DNA of 63,640 nt, the filler included, from Octopus bimaculoides (taxonomy: Eukaryota), in the NCBI RefSeq assembly GCF_001194135.2. It is 8 parts of 7 records of this genome, joined end to end, with 100 filler letters (N's around TTAATTAATTAA, not from the genome) between each part and the next. Parts side by side here need not be neighbours in the genome. Positions count along the whole stretch, not along the records: positions 1 to 8,450 come from NC_068981.1; positions 8,551 to 14,909 come from NW_026333351.1; 6 more parts are not named here. The stretch is one strand, 5' to 3'. The position numbers and the translations under genes are program-made. The notes below the pieces were generated by a model. That model saw only the letters and a program-made list of their open reading frames with translations, searched no databases and was not told the DNA's origin. Shown piece after piece: positions 1 to 12,441 of this stretch; the first letter of the stretch is position 1; each line of letters begins with the position of its first letter.

Positions 1-300
1 ACTTGTGGCTATTGTACCATGAGCTTGCCTTCCCTATTTTCTTCTTAGTTCTTTCTATGGTGTTCCATGATTTGCTCCTATAGAGTGGGCAAATCCCATT
101 CCTATCGTTGCGTTTGATTGTTTCAAACTTCTTCATAGCTCCTTCGTAAACCCTGATCCTTTCTTTATGGCTGTAACCCGAGAACTGCATGCGGTGGACG
201 AAATGTTGTATATGTCTCTTTAATTCTGTAGGGTCGCACATGCAGGAGACATTTCGCATTACTCTGACGAGGTCTGCCATCAATATGTTGAATTTGGCAT
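1..300 (-). mobile_element. Penelope-like element coding fragment (RT thumb to GIY-YIG linker)
   Basis: Open frame with no start codon: AKFNILMADLVRVMRNVSCMCDPTELKRHIQHFVHRMQFSGYSHKERIRVYEGAMKKFETIKRNDRNGICPLYRSKSWNTIERTKKKIGKASSWY; resembles the SGY...PLYR...W...ER...WY linker of PLEs (recognised from memory, no search run). Confidence 0.7.
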
Positions 301-442
301 GTGTGTGTGTGTGTGTAAGCATATATATATCCATATATGGGTACAGGACATCACAAACTGTGCAAACATGAAATACGTAAGCAACGAAAGAAAAATAGTG
401 AACGCTAGGAGAAATATTTTCTTTAAGAAGAGAAAAGATGGA

Positions 443-444
<2 letters not shown>

Positions 445-485
<41 letters not shown>
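445..485. repeat. (GA)n microsatellite
   Basis: Seen directly. Confidence 0.95.
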
Positions 486-488
<3 letters not shown>

Positions 489-1021
489 AGAGAAAGCGTT
501 CAGTCTTTTGAACGTCCGTGCAGAAAAAGAAAGATGGTCACGTGAGGAAAAGAGAGATAGACGATGGTCACGTGTGAGCAATGAAAGAGAGAAAAAGTTA
601 TCTTTGCTATAAAGTTATAAAGTTACCTTAGCATAGGTAACTTTATAACTTATTAAATACCTCTTCGGTCTGAATACCTCCTATTGCCCTCACTACTACC
701 ATACCTATTGCTTCTTCTGTGTGTTGTTATCTTTTTCTGTCCCCTACCTCAAATTTTAATACCCTGTCTCTTTAAAATGTAAGTTATATATATTTTCTTA
801 CTATTCTTTATAATTTTTTCTTACTTTGTTTTCTTATTTTGATATCTTTACCTATTAACCTCTTATCCCTTATAAGTTGTTACAGTTCTTAAATAGAGAT
901 ATAAACTTTCTACTTACTTAAGTACATGAGAGTTGATTATACCATATCCATACTAAAGTATAACTATTTGTGTATATTTGCAAGTGTGCATATTGTTCCC
1001 TCTATTTAACCATCTCACATC

Positions 1022-1069
1022 GTCTCTGATGAAGGGATATCCCTAATAACCCAGAAACAGCTGTAAGAC
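1022..1069 (+). ncRNA. Minimal type I hammerhead ribozyme motif (Penelope pLTR type)
   Basis: gtct-CTGATGA-aGGG...CCCa-GAAA-CAGCTG-TA-agac: stem I gtct/agac, palindromic stem III, GUA cleavage triplet. Confidence 0.65.
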
Positions 1070-1271
1070 TAACTTTTTCTTTATAAATGTCCTGAAAATT
1101 CCACACAGCGTTGGTTTTTTTTGTCTCATTTTATTTAACATATACATGGTTATACAAGACCCGAATTAAACTCCTCACTTGTATCATTATCGAACCGAGA
1201 GTTTAACTACGGTCCTTCTATAGTACTTACACGGCGTTACCTGCCACCTTGAGTCTTCTGGATACCAATAC

Positions 1272-1307
<36 letters not shown>

Positions 1308-2263
1308 NNNNNNNNNNNNNNNNNNNNNNNNNNNNNNNNNNNNNNNNNNNNNNNNNNNNNNNNNNNNNNNNNNNNNNNNNNNNNNNNNNNNNNNNNNNNN
1401 NNNNNNNNNNNNNNNNNNNNNNNNNNNNNNNNNNNNNNNNNNNNNNNNNNNNNNNNNNNNNNNNNNNNNNNNNNNNNNNNNNNNNNNNNNNNNNNNNNNN
1501 NNNNNNNNNNNNNNNNNNNNNNNNNNNNNNNNNNNNNNNNNNNNNNNNNNNNNNNNNNNNNNNNNNNNNNNNNNNNNNNNNNNNNNNNNNNNNNNNNNNN
1601 NNNNNNNNNNNNNNNNNNNNNNNNNNNNNNNNNNNNNNNNNNNNNNNNNNNNNNNNNNNNNNNNNNNNNNNNNNNNNNNNNNNNNNNNNNNNNNNNNNNN
1701 NNNNNNNNNNNNNNNNNNNNNNNNNNNNNNNNNNNNNNNNNNNNNNNNNNNNNNNNNNNNNNNNNNNNNNNNNNNNNNNNNNNNNNNNNNNNNNNNNNNN
1801 NNNNNNNNNNNNNNNNNNNNNNNNNNNNNNNNNNNNNNNNNNNNNNNNNNNNNNNNNNNNNNNNNNNNNNNNNNNNNNNNNNNNNNNNNNNNNNNNNNNN
1901 NNNNNNNNNNNNNNNNNNNNNNNNNNNNNNNNNNNNNNNNNNNNNNNNNNNNNNNNNNNNNNNNNNNNNNNNNNNNNNNNNNNNNNNNNNNNNNNNNNNN
2001 NNNNNNNNNNNNNNNNNNNNNNNNNNNNNNNNNNNNNNNNNNNNNNNNNNNNNNNNNNNNNNNNNNNNNNNNNNNNNNNNNNNNNNNNNNNNNNNNNNNN
2101 NNNNNNNNNNNNNNNNNNNNNNNNNNNNNNNNNNNNNNNNNNNNNNNNNNNNNNNNNNNNNNNNNNNNNNNNNNNNNNNNNNNNNNNNNNNNNNNNNNNN
2201 NNNNNNNNNNNNNNNNNNNNNNNNNNNNNNNNNNNNNNNNNNNNNNNNNNNNNNNNNNNNNNN

Positions 2264-2306
<43 letters not shown>

Positions 2307-2895
2307 GAAGAATATGAGAAAGAAGAAGAAAATGGGTGTGAAAAAGAGAGATGTCTTCAGATGTGAATGTGGAGAAGTAGTAGTTAGGTAGTTGGGTGGG
2401 AGATTAAACAGTCATATGACCTTCACCTTCAACTCATTTGACCTCGTAAACTAAAATGGCCTGAAGTTATAGTTACTAGATTACATTGGATGTAATGGAT
2501 TTATATTTGTAGCTGTTGGGGTGAGTGAGAATGAAGTAAAGAGTGAATGAGAAAGCTGGAGACATTGAGTAAGAGTGTGAAGACTGTGTAAGGATGAGAA
2601 AGAGAAAGAGTATGAGGGAGAGAGGTTGAGAGTGGAGGGAAAAGGAGTAACAGCGTGCATATGTGTTAGTGTTTATGTTAGTCATGAATGGAGTGAAGAA
2701 TCATTGAGACGAGCAATTGAACGAATAAGAGGCTGTCGAGATTATGAGTGAGATTCGAAGGGAAGGGTGTGAAAAAGTGGCTGTGGAGAGGAAGTGAAAA
2801 TGGAGTGTGGTGAATGAGTGGTAGAAAAGTGTTGCTTAATCATAGGTGAAGGAGATAATATGAGGGAACGAAAGAGAGTGAAAGAGACAGACAGT

Positions 2896-2931
<36 letters not shown>

Positions 2932-4789
2932 ATCCCTATGGATCACACAGGTTGTAATCCTTTGAAACATATGTAGGAATAAAGTATGCAATTATAACAT
3001 GCGTTTTCTCCATTCCTTAAATTCTTAAATATACTCAAATACCCAAAATTTCAAGGAGTTCCTGCCTTAAAAACAGGAACTAAACCACAGTTATTTTGTG
3101 TTCTTTGCTACATNNNNNNNNNNNNNNNNNNNNNNNNNNNNNNNNNNNNNNNNNNNNNNNNNNNNNNNNNNNNNNNNNNNNNNNNNNNNNNNNNNNNNNN
3201 NNNNNNNNNNNNNNNNNNNNNNNNNNNNNNNNNNNNNNNNNNNNNNNNNNNNNNNNNNNNNNNNNNNNNNNNNNNNNNNNNNNNNNNNNNNNNNNNNNNN
3301 NNNNNNNNNNNNNNNNNNNNNNNNNNNNNNNNNNNNNNNNNNNNNNNNNNNNNNNNNNNNNNNNNNNNNNNNNNNNNNNNNNNNNNNNNNNNNNNNNNNN
3401 NNNNNNNNNNNNNNNNNNNNNNNNNNNNNNNNNNNNNNNNNNNNNNNNNNNNNNNNNNNNNNNNNNNAGCCAGAAAAAAAAAAAAAACAGGTTTGTTGAA
3501 TAAAATGTTGAAAGAAGAAAAAGAAGGAATTTGTAGCTGTGATTCGAAACCTCAACTACTATATAATCAGTTAAACACGACGAGCGAACCACCGCAATTT
3601 CACATGATTGGTCTTTTAAGTAACCAGTCAGCGTGAAGCTGTGTCGTGATGTAGTTTTCTAGAATATCTTGTACCCTATAAAAGGCCGTTTTGCCGCAGA
3701 ATGTTGAAGGCGGTTGAGCAACATGTGCTTCCATTCTTGTCACTCTAACGGTGCCGGACGGCCAAGGACAGACGGCCAAGGGCCTCTTTCGCCACGGAGG
3801 TTTGCGCACTTGACTTCGTATGTTTTTGGACCAACTGCATGCTGTCTCACAGAAAACTTTCTATAACTTCAGAGCAGTCTATCTCTTTCCCAGTCAGCAA
3901 ACATTTATGTTGTTCATTGTAAATAGCCAACACCAATATCTTTATGTTCAGCAATAAATATTTCGCGAGTGTGCTTCAGTTATTATTCACGCGCCCAACG
4001 AAATATATCTTCATTTACCAGCTCCACATTGCACCAACCGAGCCACCATCGAGATAAATTGATACAAGGAGGGGCTAAGAGTTAAACTATTGAAGATGAG
4101 AGAGACGGGAAGCGGCACATGTGAGGGAACAGACGAAGACTGTGAAGAGATGAGAACGAGAAAAGAGAGAAGTGAGAAAAGTAACGGGGATCAGATATCT
4201 TTCCGTCTCTCTCCCCCTCTCACAGTCCCTTTATTTCATTTTGTCTTTACTTTGGCTTCGGGTCGACCCAAGCCTTGTGAGAGACACTGGGTAGACGGAA
4301 GCAGTTCAATGGTAGAATTTTCTCACATTCTTCCTAAACATTACATTATGGGTACATATGTCTATAGAATATTCAACGGGTTGCTCATCCAGGTGATCAA
4401 ACCACAGGCTGTTTGTATATCGAAATCGGTGGGAAAGATAATATAAAGAACGTAAGATCCAACAATAACCACGTTCTCCATCTCCTCTTTCTTGCCGTCT
4501 TTGCTCCTGAATGTTCCACTGAATCAAGAGCCGACAGGGTGTTTATGTTTACTGATGGCTACATGGTCATATAACACAATTAGTGATAACTTGGTTCGTA
4601 CTACCAAATCATACCTGACTTCGAGCAACGACCGCAATTTTTGTAATTAAACACATTAGCTAATCTCTGTAGGTTAATATTGAACCCCATCTCTTAAAAT
4701 TTTGGTCTCCGTGTCTCTAGTTCTCCTGTCAAGTCCAGCGACTCGAACACGCCCGCGAAGGAGATCCCGCGTATTTGATTTCTTAATAT

Positions 4790-5600
4790 TCCGACTGTTT
4801 AGGGCGCCAATGCGACAGAATCATAAGTATGCCGGACGAAGTTCTTTGCGGCATTTCGTCCGTTTTTACGGTCTAAGTTCAAATCCACTAAGGTCGACTT
4901 TGCCTTTCACCCTTTCGAGATCGATAAAATAGGTACCAGTTGAGTACTGTGGTCGATGAAATCGAGTTACCCCTCCCCCGTAATTGCTGGTCTTGTGCCA
5001 AATTTGAAATCAATATTTCGACTGTTTAGTGAATGCCCGTGGCTTGGTGGTTAGGGTATTCGCTCACGATCGTAAGAACGTGAGTTTCGATCTCAGGTGG
5101 CGTAATTGTGTCCTTGAGCGAGACATTTTGTTTCACGTTGTTTCAGTCCACTAAGGCGGCGAGCTGGCAGAATCGTTAGCACGCTGGGCAAAATGTTTAA
5201 TGGCATTTCGTCTGTCTTCATGTTCTGAGTTCAAATTCCACCGAGGTGGACTTTGCCTTGCACCCTTTCAGAGTCGATAAAATAGGTACCAGTTGGGCAC
5301 TGGGGTCGATGTAGTCGACTAAGCCCCTCTCCCGAACTTTCTGACCGTGTGCCAAAATTTGAAACCACTATTTCGACTGTTTCCAAGGCGGTGAACTGGC
5401 CGAAGAAAATGCTTAGCGGCATTTCGTCCGTCATTACCATCTGTGTTCAAATTTTGCCAAAGTAGACTTTGCCTTTAATTTTTTTGGGGGGTGGGGTTGA
5501 TAATAATAGTACTAGTAAAGCACTGGGGTCAATGTAATCGATTAACTCTTACCGCCTCAAATTTTAGGTCTTGTGCCTGTAGTAGAAAGGATATTTCGCT
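4790..5600 (+). mobile_element. Cluster of 3-4 head-to-tail tRNA-derived SINE copies (ggcggcgagctggcagaatcgttagcacg family plus another tRNA-head SINE)
   Basis: Repeated units of about 220 bp containing ctgagttcaaattcc..gaggtcgactttgcctttcaccctttc..gtcgataaaataggtaccag; the same family recurs at 17945-18178, 25155-25375, 51945-52165, 52644-52872 and 62155-62395. Confidence 0.85.
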
Positions 5601-6056
5601 TGTTTCCATATATCTCCGACTTCTCAGTCATGATATCGACAGTACTCAATAAAATACTCGTACGATCTCCTTTGTTGTTCCATTGACGAATGCATTGCGC
5701 GTTCATATACTTCTATGAACTTTTGCTTACTGGAAACATAATCTATTTATTTCAATATATCACCTGGATTTATTTTTTTGTGTGCTTTCTCGTATTGGTT
5801 GTAAAAATATATTATACTATTGCTCTAAACCTGAAGATTTTTTGCTATAGAGCATTATCGCTAATTGCCTAGAACGAATGAAATGTTTTCGCTATAATTA
5901 TGATATACTTATTCCTATAATCATTATAATAGCTTATTTCTGAAAGTTAATTAATTTCAAATTACTATTTCAGTGCTGGTTTCGGTTATTCGAGTACGTT
6001 TGAAAAGTCAATTGTAAAGACTTTATAGTATTTATGTTCATGAAATTTCGAGCATT

Positions 6057-6093
<37 letters not shown>

Positions 6094-6459
6094 CGTTGTG
6101 GTAATATTGTGTTTATCTTCCATTTAAAATAAAGCTTTTCCCATTGTTTCCATATTTTATTAAATATGTATATATTTGAAAGTTATTGTAGGTCAAGCAG
6201 TTATACCGAATCCGATCTTTGTTTCGTTTCTTTTAATTGTTCTAACAATTACTTCATTTACATTAAACGGGTTTACACTTTTTTCTAAGCCCTTTACATT
6301 TTGAAGTTGATTTAATATATTAATTATCAATTCTTGAGAAAATAGCTGTCTGCATATTCGAAAGTCTATTATTTAATCCCTAAAATATATAACAAAAAAA
6401 AAAAGAAGACTTATGAAAGGGTTGTGCAGCTGGTACATTTGTCAAAGCCTCGGAATGCC

Positions 6460-6497
<38 letters not shown>

Positions 6498-8450
6498 TTA
6501 TTTCACTACCTGCTGGCCCACTAAAAAGATAAGAAAAGAAAAAAGAAATGCTAAGTATCCTTGAAATTTGAGAGGACGACTCCGCACCATATTAGAGACC
6601 AAAACAATAGCGTAGCTCGAATGTTTGTCTCAAATGTTTATCTTGAGTTTTCCCCCCTTCCCATCCAGGGCTGAATTTCTACCTACATAAGTTTATAGAT
6701 ACTTCATTTTATCGACCCCAGAATGATGAAAGGCAAAACCAACATCTACAGATTTTAACACAGAAAGTAAAGCGTTAGGCATTTTTATTGCCAGCTCACC
6801 GCCTTTCCCCGGATATGTTGTATAAGAACAACTTTATTCCTAAAATTCAATCATAATCTGATGAGATGTATTTCAGAATATCGAAACATGAGCTTATTTC
6901 CCAGATTACAGTACCATATATTTTGAGTGATTTATTTGAGATTCCTCCACTGTATTTTATTTCCTTCTAATTAACTTTCAATTATCTAGTTGTAAAGAGA
7001 TTTCACGGGAAATGACTTTTTAGTGAGGAATTGTAAGGAATTTGGTCTAAACAAGGTTCTGATTAAGACGAAATTCCTTAAACTTTTTTTATCTCATGGA
7101 TTTAGCACTGTCAAAGGGTCTTTTATGATTTGTTTAATCTGTTGGGAAATTTAACTGTAATAGAAAGAAAATGATTAAGATAATTAAGGTTTTTTTTTTG
7201 TGTGTGAGGGTCCTCTGAGGCACGGGATATAATTCAAAGGTTTCCTAAGTGTTAAAAGGTTGAGACGTGCTGCTCTATGTGGTCGCTTGACTTGCTAGAA
7301 CAAACAACCAAATTTCCTTCAAATTATGCTTTACCGACTTAAAAAAGAAAGACACATAACATCTAAAATAAAAAAAAATAAACAGAAAAATTGGCACATA
7401 ACAGGATGGTTATTGCTGGAACGCCTTTTATTATAGGCTTTACTTGGGCTGATCTGGGGATGAACAGGAATTACAAAAACACACAGATTTGTTGTGAGAA
7501 GTAGAAATAAAGATGGGTGTGTATATGTGAGGAGGGAGAAAGTATTTCTAAATTCACACAAGCACACAAACACATACACACCTCTGAAGGCACACGTTTT
7601 ACCAACCATCCGAAAAACATGAGAAAAGTGGGAAATACAGGCTTTATTTTTCTTTTCGCAATCACTTTCCTCCCATTTTTTTATATACAAAAATACCCAT
7701 CCATGCTCCCCACCGGCATATACAATAAGAACCCCTCCCAACACATAAAAGCACCAACAACACAGTCACATCATTGTACAAACATACGTGCGCATAAACA
7801 CATATGTGTGCACAAATACACATACACACACGTCTTTGGATGCGAAACAAACGCACACACATATACAAAACACCTCCATAACACTTGTTTCACATCTTCC
7901 ACACACCTGAAGGATATTATTGTAGTTGGTTTGTAACGTTAAGCTACCCCTAGAGGGACGTGGCGGGAAGGGACAAACTCAAGCATTTATAATACATACA
8001 ACAATTGGGTGGTGAAGCACAGGAGGAATTTTGGTGGTGGTGCGGGTGGTTTTGCTTGTGAGGACCACACAGTGGTTAAGTGAAGTCCATAACATCCACG
8101 CCCAGCTCGATAATCTGCTTGTTATAGACGCTGGTACTTTAGAAAGGTCGATAGGTTCGTTCATATTGAGCTTGTTGTCGGCCGACATGATGTTTTCTAT
8201 GCTATAGAGGCTGGTTGTTATTTCTTTTTATTACATTTATTATAAGATAACTTGTATTTTCTTTCATTTTTTTTACACAGTAATCTACCTTCATTCAAGT
8301 AGCTAACATTTCTCATCCCGCCTATTGTGGTGGTTACCGCAGTTATTGTTTTTTTTGTATGTTATATTTATAGTACTGTCCTCTCCCTCCTTCATTTGAT
8401 TCGATACTGTTGATGTTGTTGCTAACCACCATATATATATAATATATATA

Positions 8451-8550
8451 NNNNNNNNNNNNNNNNNNNNNNNNNNNNNNNNNNNNNNNNNNNNTTAATT
8501 AATTAANNNNNNNNNNNNNNNNNNNNNNNNNNNNNNNNNNNNNNNNNNNN
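8451..8550. other. Artificial 100-bp scaffolding spacer N44-TTAATTAATTAA-N44 (cores also at 14954, 35223, 44099, 51727, 55756, 61978)
   Basis: An identical six-frame-stop 12-mer centred in a fixed-length N run, seven times. Confidence 0.95.
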
Positions 8551-8953
8551 GCTTTTGGTGGGCGTGGTGACATTGATGCTTCCCTTGACTTCATTGCTGC
8601 TTTGTTTACGGGACATAGCCGAAACATTAGCTTTTGGCACCGGTGATGACCTTCGAAAAATAGTCCGGATTAACTGGCAAGTGTTCGTTTCAGTTCACGA
8701 CACGCATTATGTCGTGACCGCTTTTCATCTTCCGTAGCAAGTGACGTACAAATTTTGCTGCAACTCTTTTCATTCCCAATTATTCGCGCAAAATTATCCG
8801 TTAGCAGGAGCTCTAAGACATAACAGTGGTATCGACAAGTTTCTCAACTGATCGATGGCGGTCCTCCAAGATGAGTTCATGAACTTTTGTGAAGTTTTCA
8901 TTTTTCGCCCTGAACGAAGTTGTTATTCAGGCAACAAGTGACTATTCCTCAAG
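8551..8953 (-). mobile_element. Degenerate mariner transposase fragment
   Basis: Broken frame reads LEDRHRSV...LGMKRVAAKFV...YFSKVITG..S.CFGY.P.TKQQ. Confidence 0.75.
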
Positions 8954-9022
8954 NNNNNNNNNNCACACACACACACACATACACACACACACACACACGC
9001 ACACACACACATATATATATAC

Positions 9023-9745
9023 AGGATGCGATGGGGAATTTTTTGCCAATTTTAATTTTTATTTCGCCAATCCAATTTGGTTGAATTTCCTTTTGTTACT
9101 GCTGAGAATAGTAGGGATAGTTGGGCATCGTCTGTGAGAAAATCAGCATCATGACGCAATTTACTCTGTCAGAAATTGGAAAACGACATACATGCCGCAC
9201 TGGTTGACATTCGCGCCGGAAGCTTCAATACATTTCAAAAGTACGTGGGAGTCAATCTGATGTTCAAGCAACAAGAGACCATTCCTGAAGTGTGAAAACC
9301 AGACTCAACATGGAAGCCTACATTAAGTGCTTGGAGGGGCTAGTGTTGCCCCGGGCCAATAAGGTGACTGCTGGAAGACGCTATGTATAGTAACAGAACT
9401 CTGCACCATGGCACACATGGCAGGAGAACACAGTCATGGTTGTCAGACAAATTCTACGTCCACATCACCCCTAATATTTTGCCATCTAACTCCCTAGACT
9501 GCAACCCCCTTGATTATAATGCATGGGCGCAGCTGAGCGAGAAACGATAAAATTCCTTGTAATACCAAAGATGAATGAAGGCAAGGATTATGACAGCATT
9601 CACCACTTGAACAAAGAGACCACCCAAAATAGTCGCATGAGATTCTAAAGCTGTCTGGAGTCCGTGGCGATTTTATTGAATAAATTTACTCTTTAGTATT
9701 TCGAGATATTTTTAATGTCATATTAGTAAATATATCTATCAAAAT
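9023..9745 (+). mobile_element. Degenerate Tc1/mariner-superfamily element (DDD/E catalytic region)
   Basis: RLNMEAYIKCLEGLVLP..VTAGRRYV..QNSAP..H and a frameshifted SPDCNPLDY-like motif; begins tacaggatgcg. Confidence 0.75.
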
Positions 9746-10388
9746 CAAATGTCAGTGATCTTTTNNNNNNNNNNNNNNNNNNNNNNNNNNNNNNNNNNNN
9801 NNNNNNNNNNNNNNNNNNNNNNNNNNNNNNNNNNNNNNNNNNNNNNNNNNNNNNNNNNNNNNNNNNNNNNNNNNNNNNNNNNNNNNNNNNNNNNNNNNNN
9901 NNNNNNNNNNNNNNNNNNNNNNNNNNNNNNNNNNNNNNNNNNNNNNNNNNNNNNNNNNNNNNNNNNNNNNNNNNNNNNNNNNNNNNNNNNNNNNNNNNNN
10001 NNNNNNNNNNNNTGTGTGTGTGTGTGTGTGTGTGTGTTGTGTGTTTGTAAGTGCGTGTGTATATGTATGTATTTATATATGTGCGTGTTGTGTGTGCGTT
10101 GGGGGATGTAAAAGTCCAAACTTACAGGAATATTCAATTTAGTACTACCAAATTGAATTTTATAATCTATAATATATGTATATAAATATAATTCAGAGAA
10201 GAACCACCAATATGTAATTCAAACAATGCAGGAGACCATTCATCATCAAAAAAGCGTACTCTACAAAATACTAATTCACAAATCTTTAAAGTTTAAAAGA
10301 AAAGTTTAAAATCCATAAAAATCTCTAAAATACTAGACTAAAAATTTAATTCAACTTCGTAAATTGATAAAATAGAAAGTAAAGTGTT

Positions 10389-10493
10389 GACTACGCGCGT
10401 TTCGTAGCCACATTATAGCAGAAAAAAACAGTATTATTCACAATAAATTTATCAAGATTATATTCTACTCAAAATACAGTCACTCATCAGGTC
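10389..10493 (-). ncRNA. Hammerhead-like motif with a long insert in stem II, inside a Penelope-type repeat
   Basis: Minus strand gac-CTGATGA-gtgac...ggctac-GAAA-CGCGCG-TA-gtc; palindromic stem III, GUA triplet, imperfect stem II. Confidence 0.5.
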
Positions 10494-12381
10494 TCAGGAA
10501 AAAATAAAAATTCAAATAACGTATCTTACTAAATAATTAAGAAAAATATCAGTACTTATAGAAAAGCTCTCGTTAGTACAATAATTGAAATGTAAACGCT
10601 TAATATTAATCATTCAAGTTTGAATTGTATATTGGTAGTTCTTTAAATTATATTTGTATACATATATATATATGTGTATGTGTGTGCGTGTGTGCGTGTG
10701 CGTGTGTGTCTGTGTGTGCATGTGTGCGTGTGTGCGTGTGTGTGTGTGTGTGTGCATGTATGTATGTATATGCATATGTTCGCGTGTTTGTAAGTGTTGG
10801 AATACTCTGGAACGCCATGTGTATGGGCGTATACCAATTGTCCATTAAGCATTCACAATTCGAATTGACTGAATATGTAAACGCTAATGCGGGAGTGCAA
10901 GTGAAAAATTATAAAAAGCATTTAAATAGTGGAACTAAACTGTTTCGTAAATAAAATATTATATCTGATAAAGTTTGCATTTATTAAAACAATGTGTAAA
11001 ACTTTGAAATTAATGTAGAAAGAACTGTCTAATCAACAAAATAAAGCAGAGGGTTAGATAAAATATATAAATAAAAGCTGAGTATATAATGAAAGAAACT
11101 TTGCTGTATATAATTCTGTAAGTTTAGATCTATTAGGGAGAGGATGAAAGAAAGCGTTAATGGATACAGCGTTAAACTTTCAACTTACACGATTAGACGT
11201 AGTGTCTGTTGATATATGGATGTGTGTGTATGTGTGAGTATGCAGGCTTGTGAGTGTATACATATACATTTGTAATTGCGTGGGGTTTCTTTGTTGTCAT
11301 TCCTTTCTCTTTGAGATAAATGTTTAGGGGAATATAAAAAGGGGGAACAGCACAAACACGTTTGTATACAAAAGGAGGTTATGATATAATATACCAGCGC
11401 AAAATAAATATTGAGACCTAATGCACTGTATGTGCCTGTTACGGTATGTCTGTTACTACATTTGAGTCAACATGTGTATGGATGTATAAACATGTAAGTG
11501 TGTGTGTGCGCGTGTGCTTTTATTTGCATAAATATATATATATAAATATATATATACGTCTACATATATATTTACATGTGTGCGTATATGTCTGTGAACA
11601 TGTGTATATATATTTTCGTGTGTATATATAACATATATGTGCTTGTGACACATGTATACTTACATATATATGTACGTGTGCATGTGTATTACTATAAATT
11701 GTTTTGTAATTGTGTATGTGCGTGTGTTCGTGTTTGTGTGTATGTGTGCGTTCGTGTACGTACGTGGAGGTGCGTGCGTGTGCGTGTGTGTGTTCATGTG
11801 TCTGTTTGTGTGAGTCTGCATCTTTAAATCTGCCTCTCTGTCTGCAGTTACAAAAATGGTATTGAATGCAAAGAAATTCAGTTTACAATTCAGATTCGTC
11901 ATATTTCTATTTAAGTAGAGTTATATGTATGTGTATATAAGCACTGTATCTTTGTGTTTGCATCTATTTTATCAACCTTGAGTGTTGCTCCCTCTACATC
12001 TGTATGCTGAAGGCTTTATATATGTTAATAAAATAGAAACAATTGTAGGCTTTATAATATGAAATCTAATAAACGCAACTGTCTCTATATTTATCATTTG
12101 TTGTCAAAATGTTTGAATTTTTCGGAATTCTGCTAAAGGATATTTGGATTTATTTATCATGCATAAGGATTTAAATTTGATGTGTATTCTACTTCTCATT
12201 ACTGGTGTCTAATTGTCGAATATAGTTAGATCGGAATCTCTGGGTTTCCTTACTTCTCCCACATGGCGTTTCCCCGTATTGGGGAATCTTAGTTTTTAAT
12301 CGTTATTTGTTACGTTGTTCAGATCAATTTATATAAATGACAACACAAATGTAAACCACAAACACTCATATCCTTAACCAT

Positions 12382-12384
<3 letters not shown>

Positions 12385-12440
<56 letters not shown>
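12385..12440. repeat. (CA)n microsatellite; similar (CA)n/(TA)n tracts flank most N gaps
   Basis: Seen directly. Confidence 0.95.

Positions 12441-12441
<1 letters not shown>

Noticed and set aside
535-575. Two copies of gatggtcacgtg (E-box CACGTG) about 30 bp apart
   Set aside because: Short motif in repeat-derived purine-rich sequence with no linked promoter evidence
1249-2391. Long ORFs in the track that span N runs (also 13416-14156, 36780-37908, 38314-39081, 40640-42082, 54066-54842, 57078-58088)
   Set aside because: They are open only because N codons cannot be stops; the ends are microsatellite translations (YIYI, CVCV, HTHT)
3600-3900. Possible Gypsy integrase C-terminal remnant (AVGPKTYEVK, minus strand)
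   Set aside because: Only one short motif; no LTR, PPT or longer homology could be seen
6853-6897. ataat-CTGATGA-gatgt..atatc-GAAA-catg-agc-ttat hammerhead-like motif
   Set aside because: Lacks the required U of the NUH cleavage triplet; at best a dead copy
10625-10954. Plus-strand peptide VQVKNYKKHLNSGTKLFRK, vaguely like the missing dehydrogenase C-terminus
   Set aside because: Opposite strand, no pyrimidine-rich acceptor and no terminal VD..KGY motif
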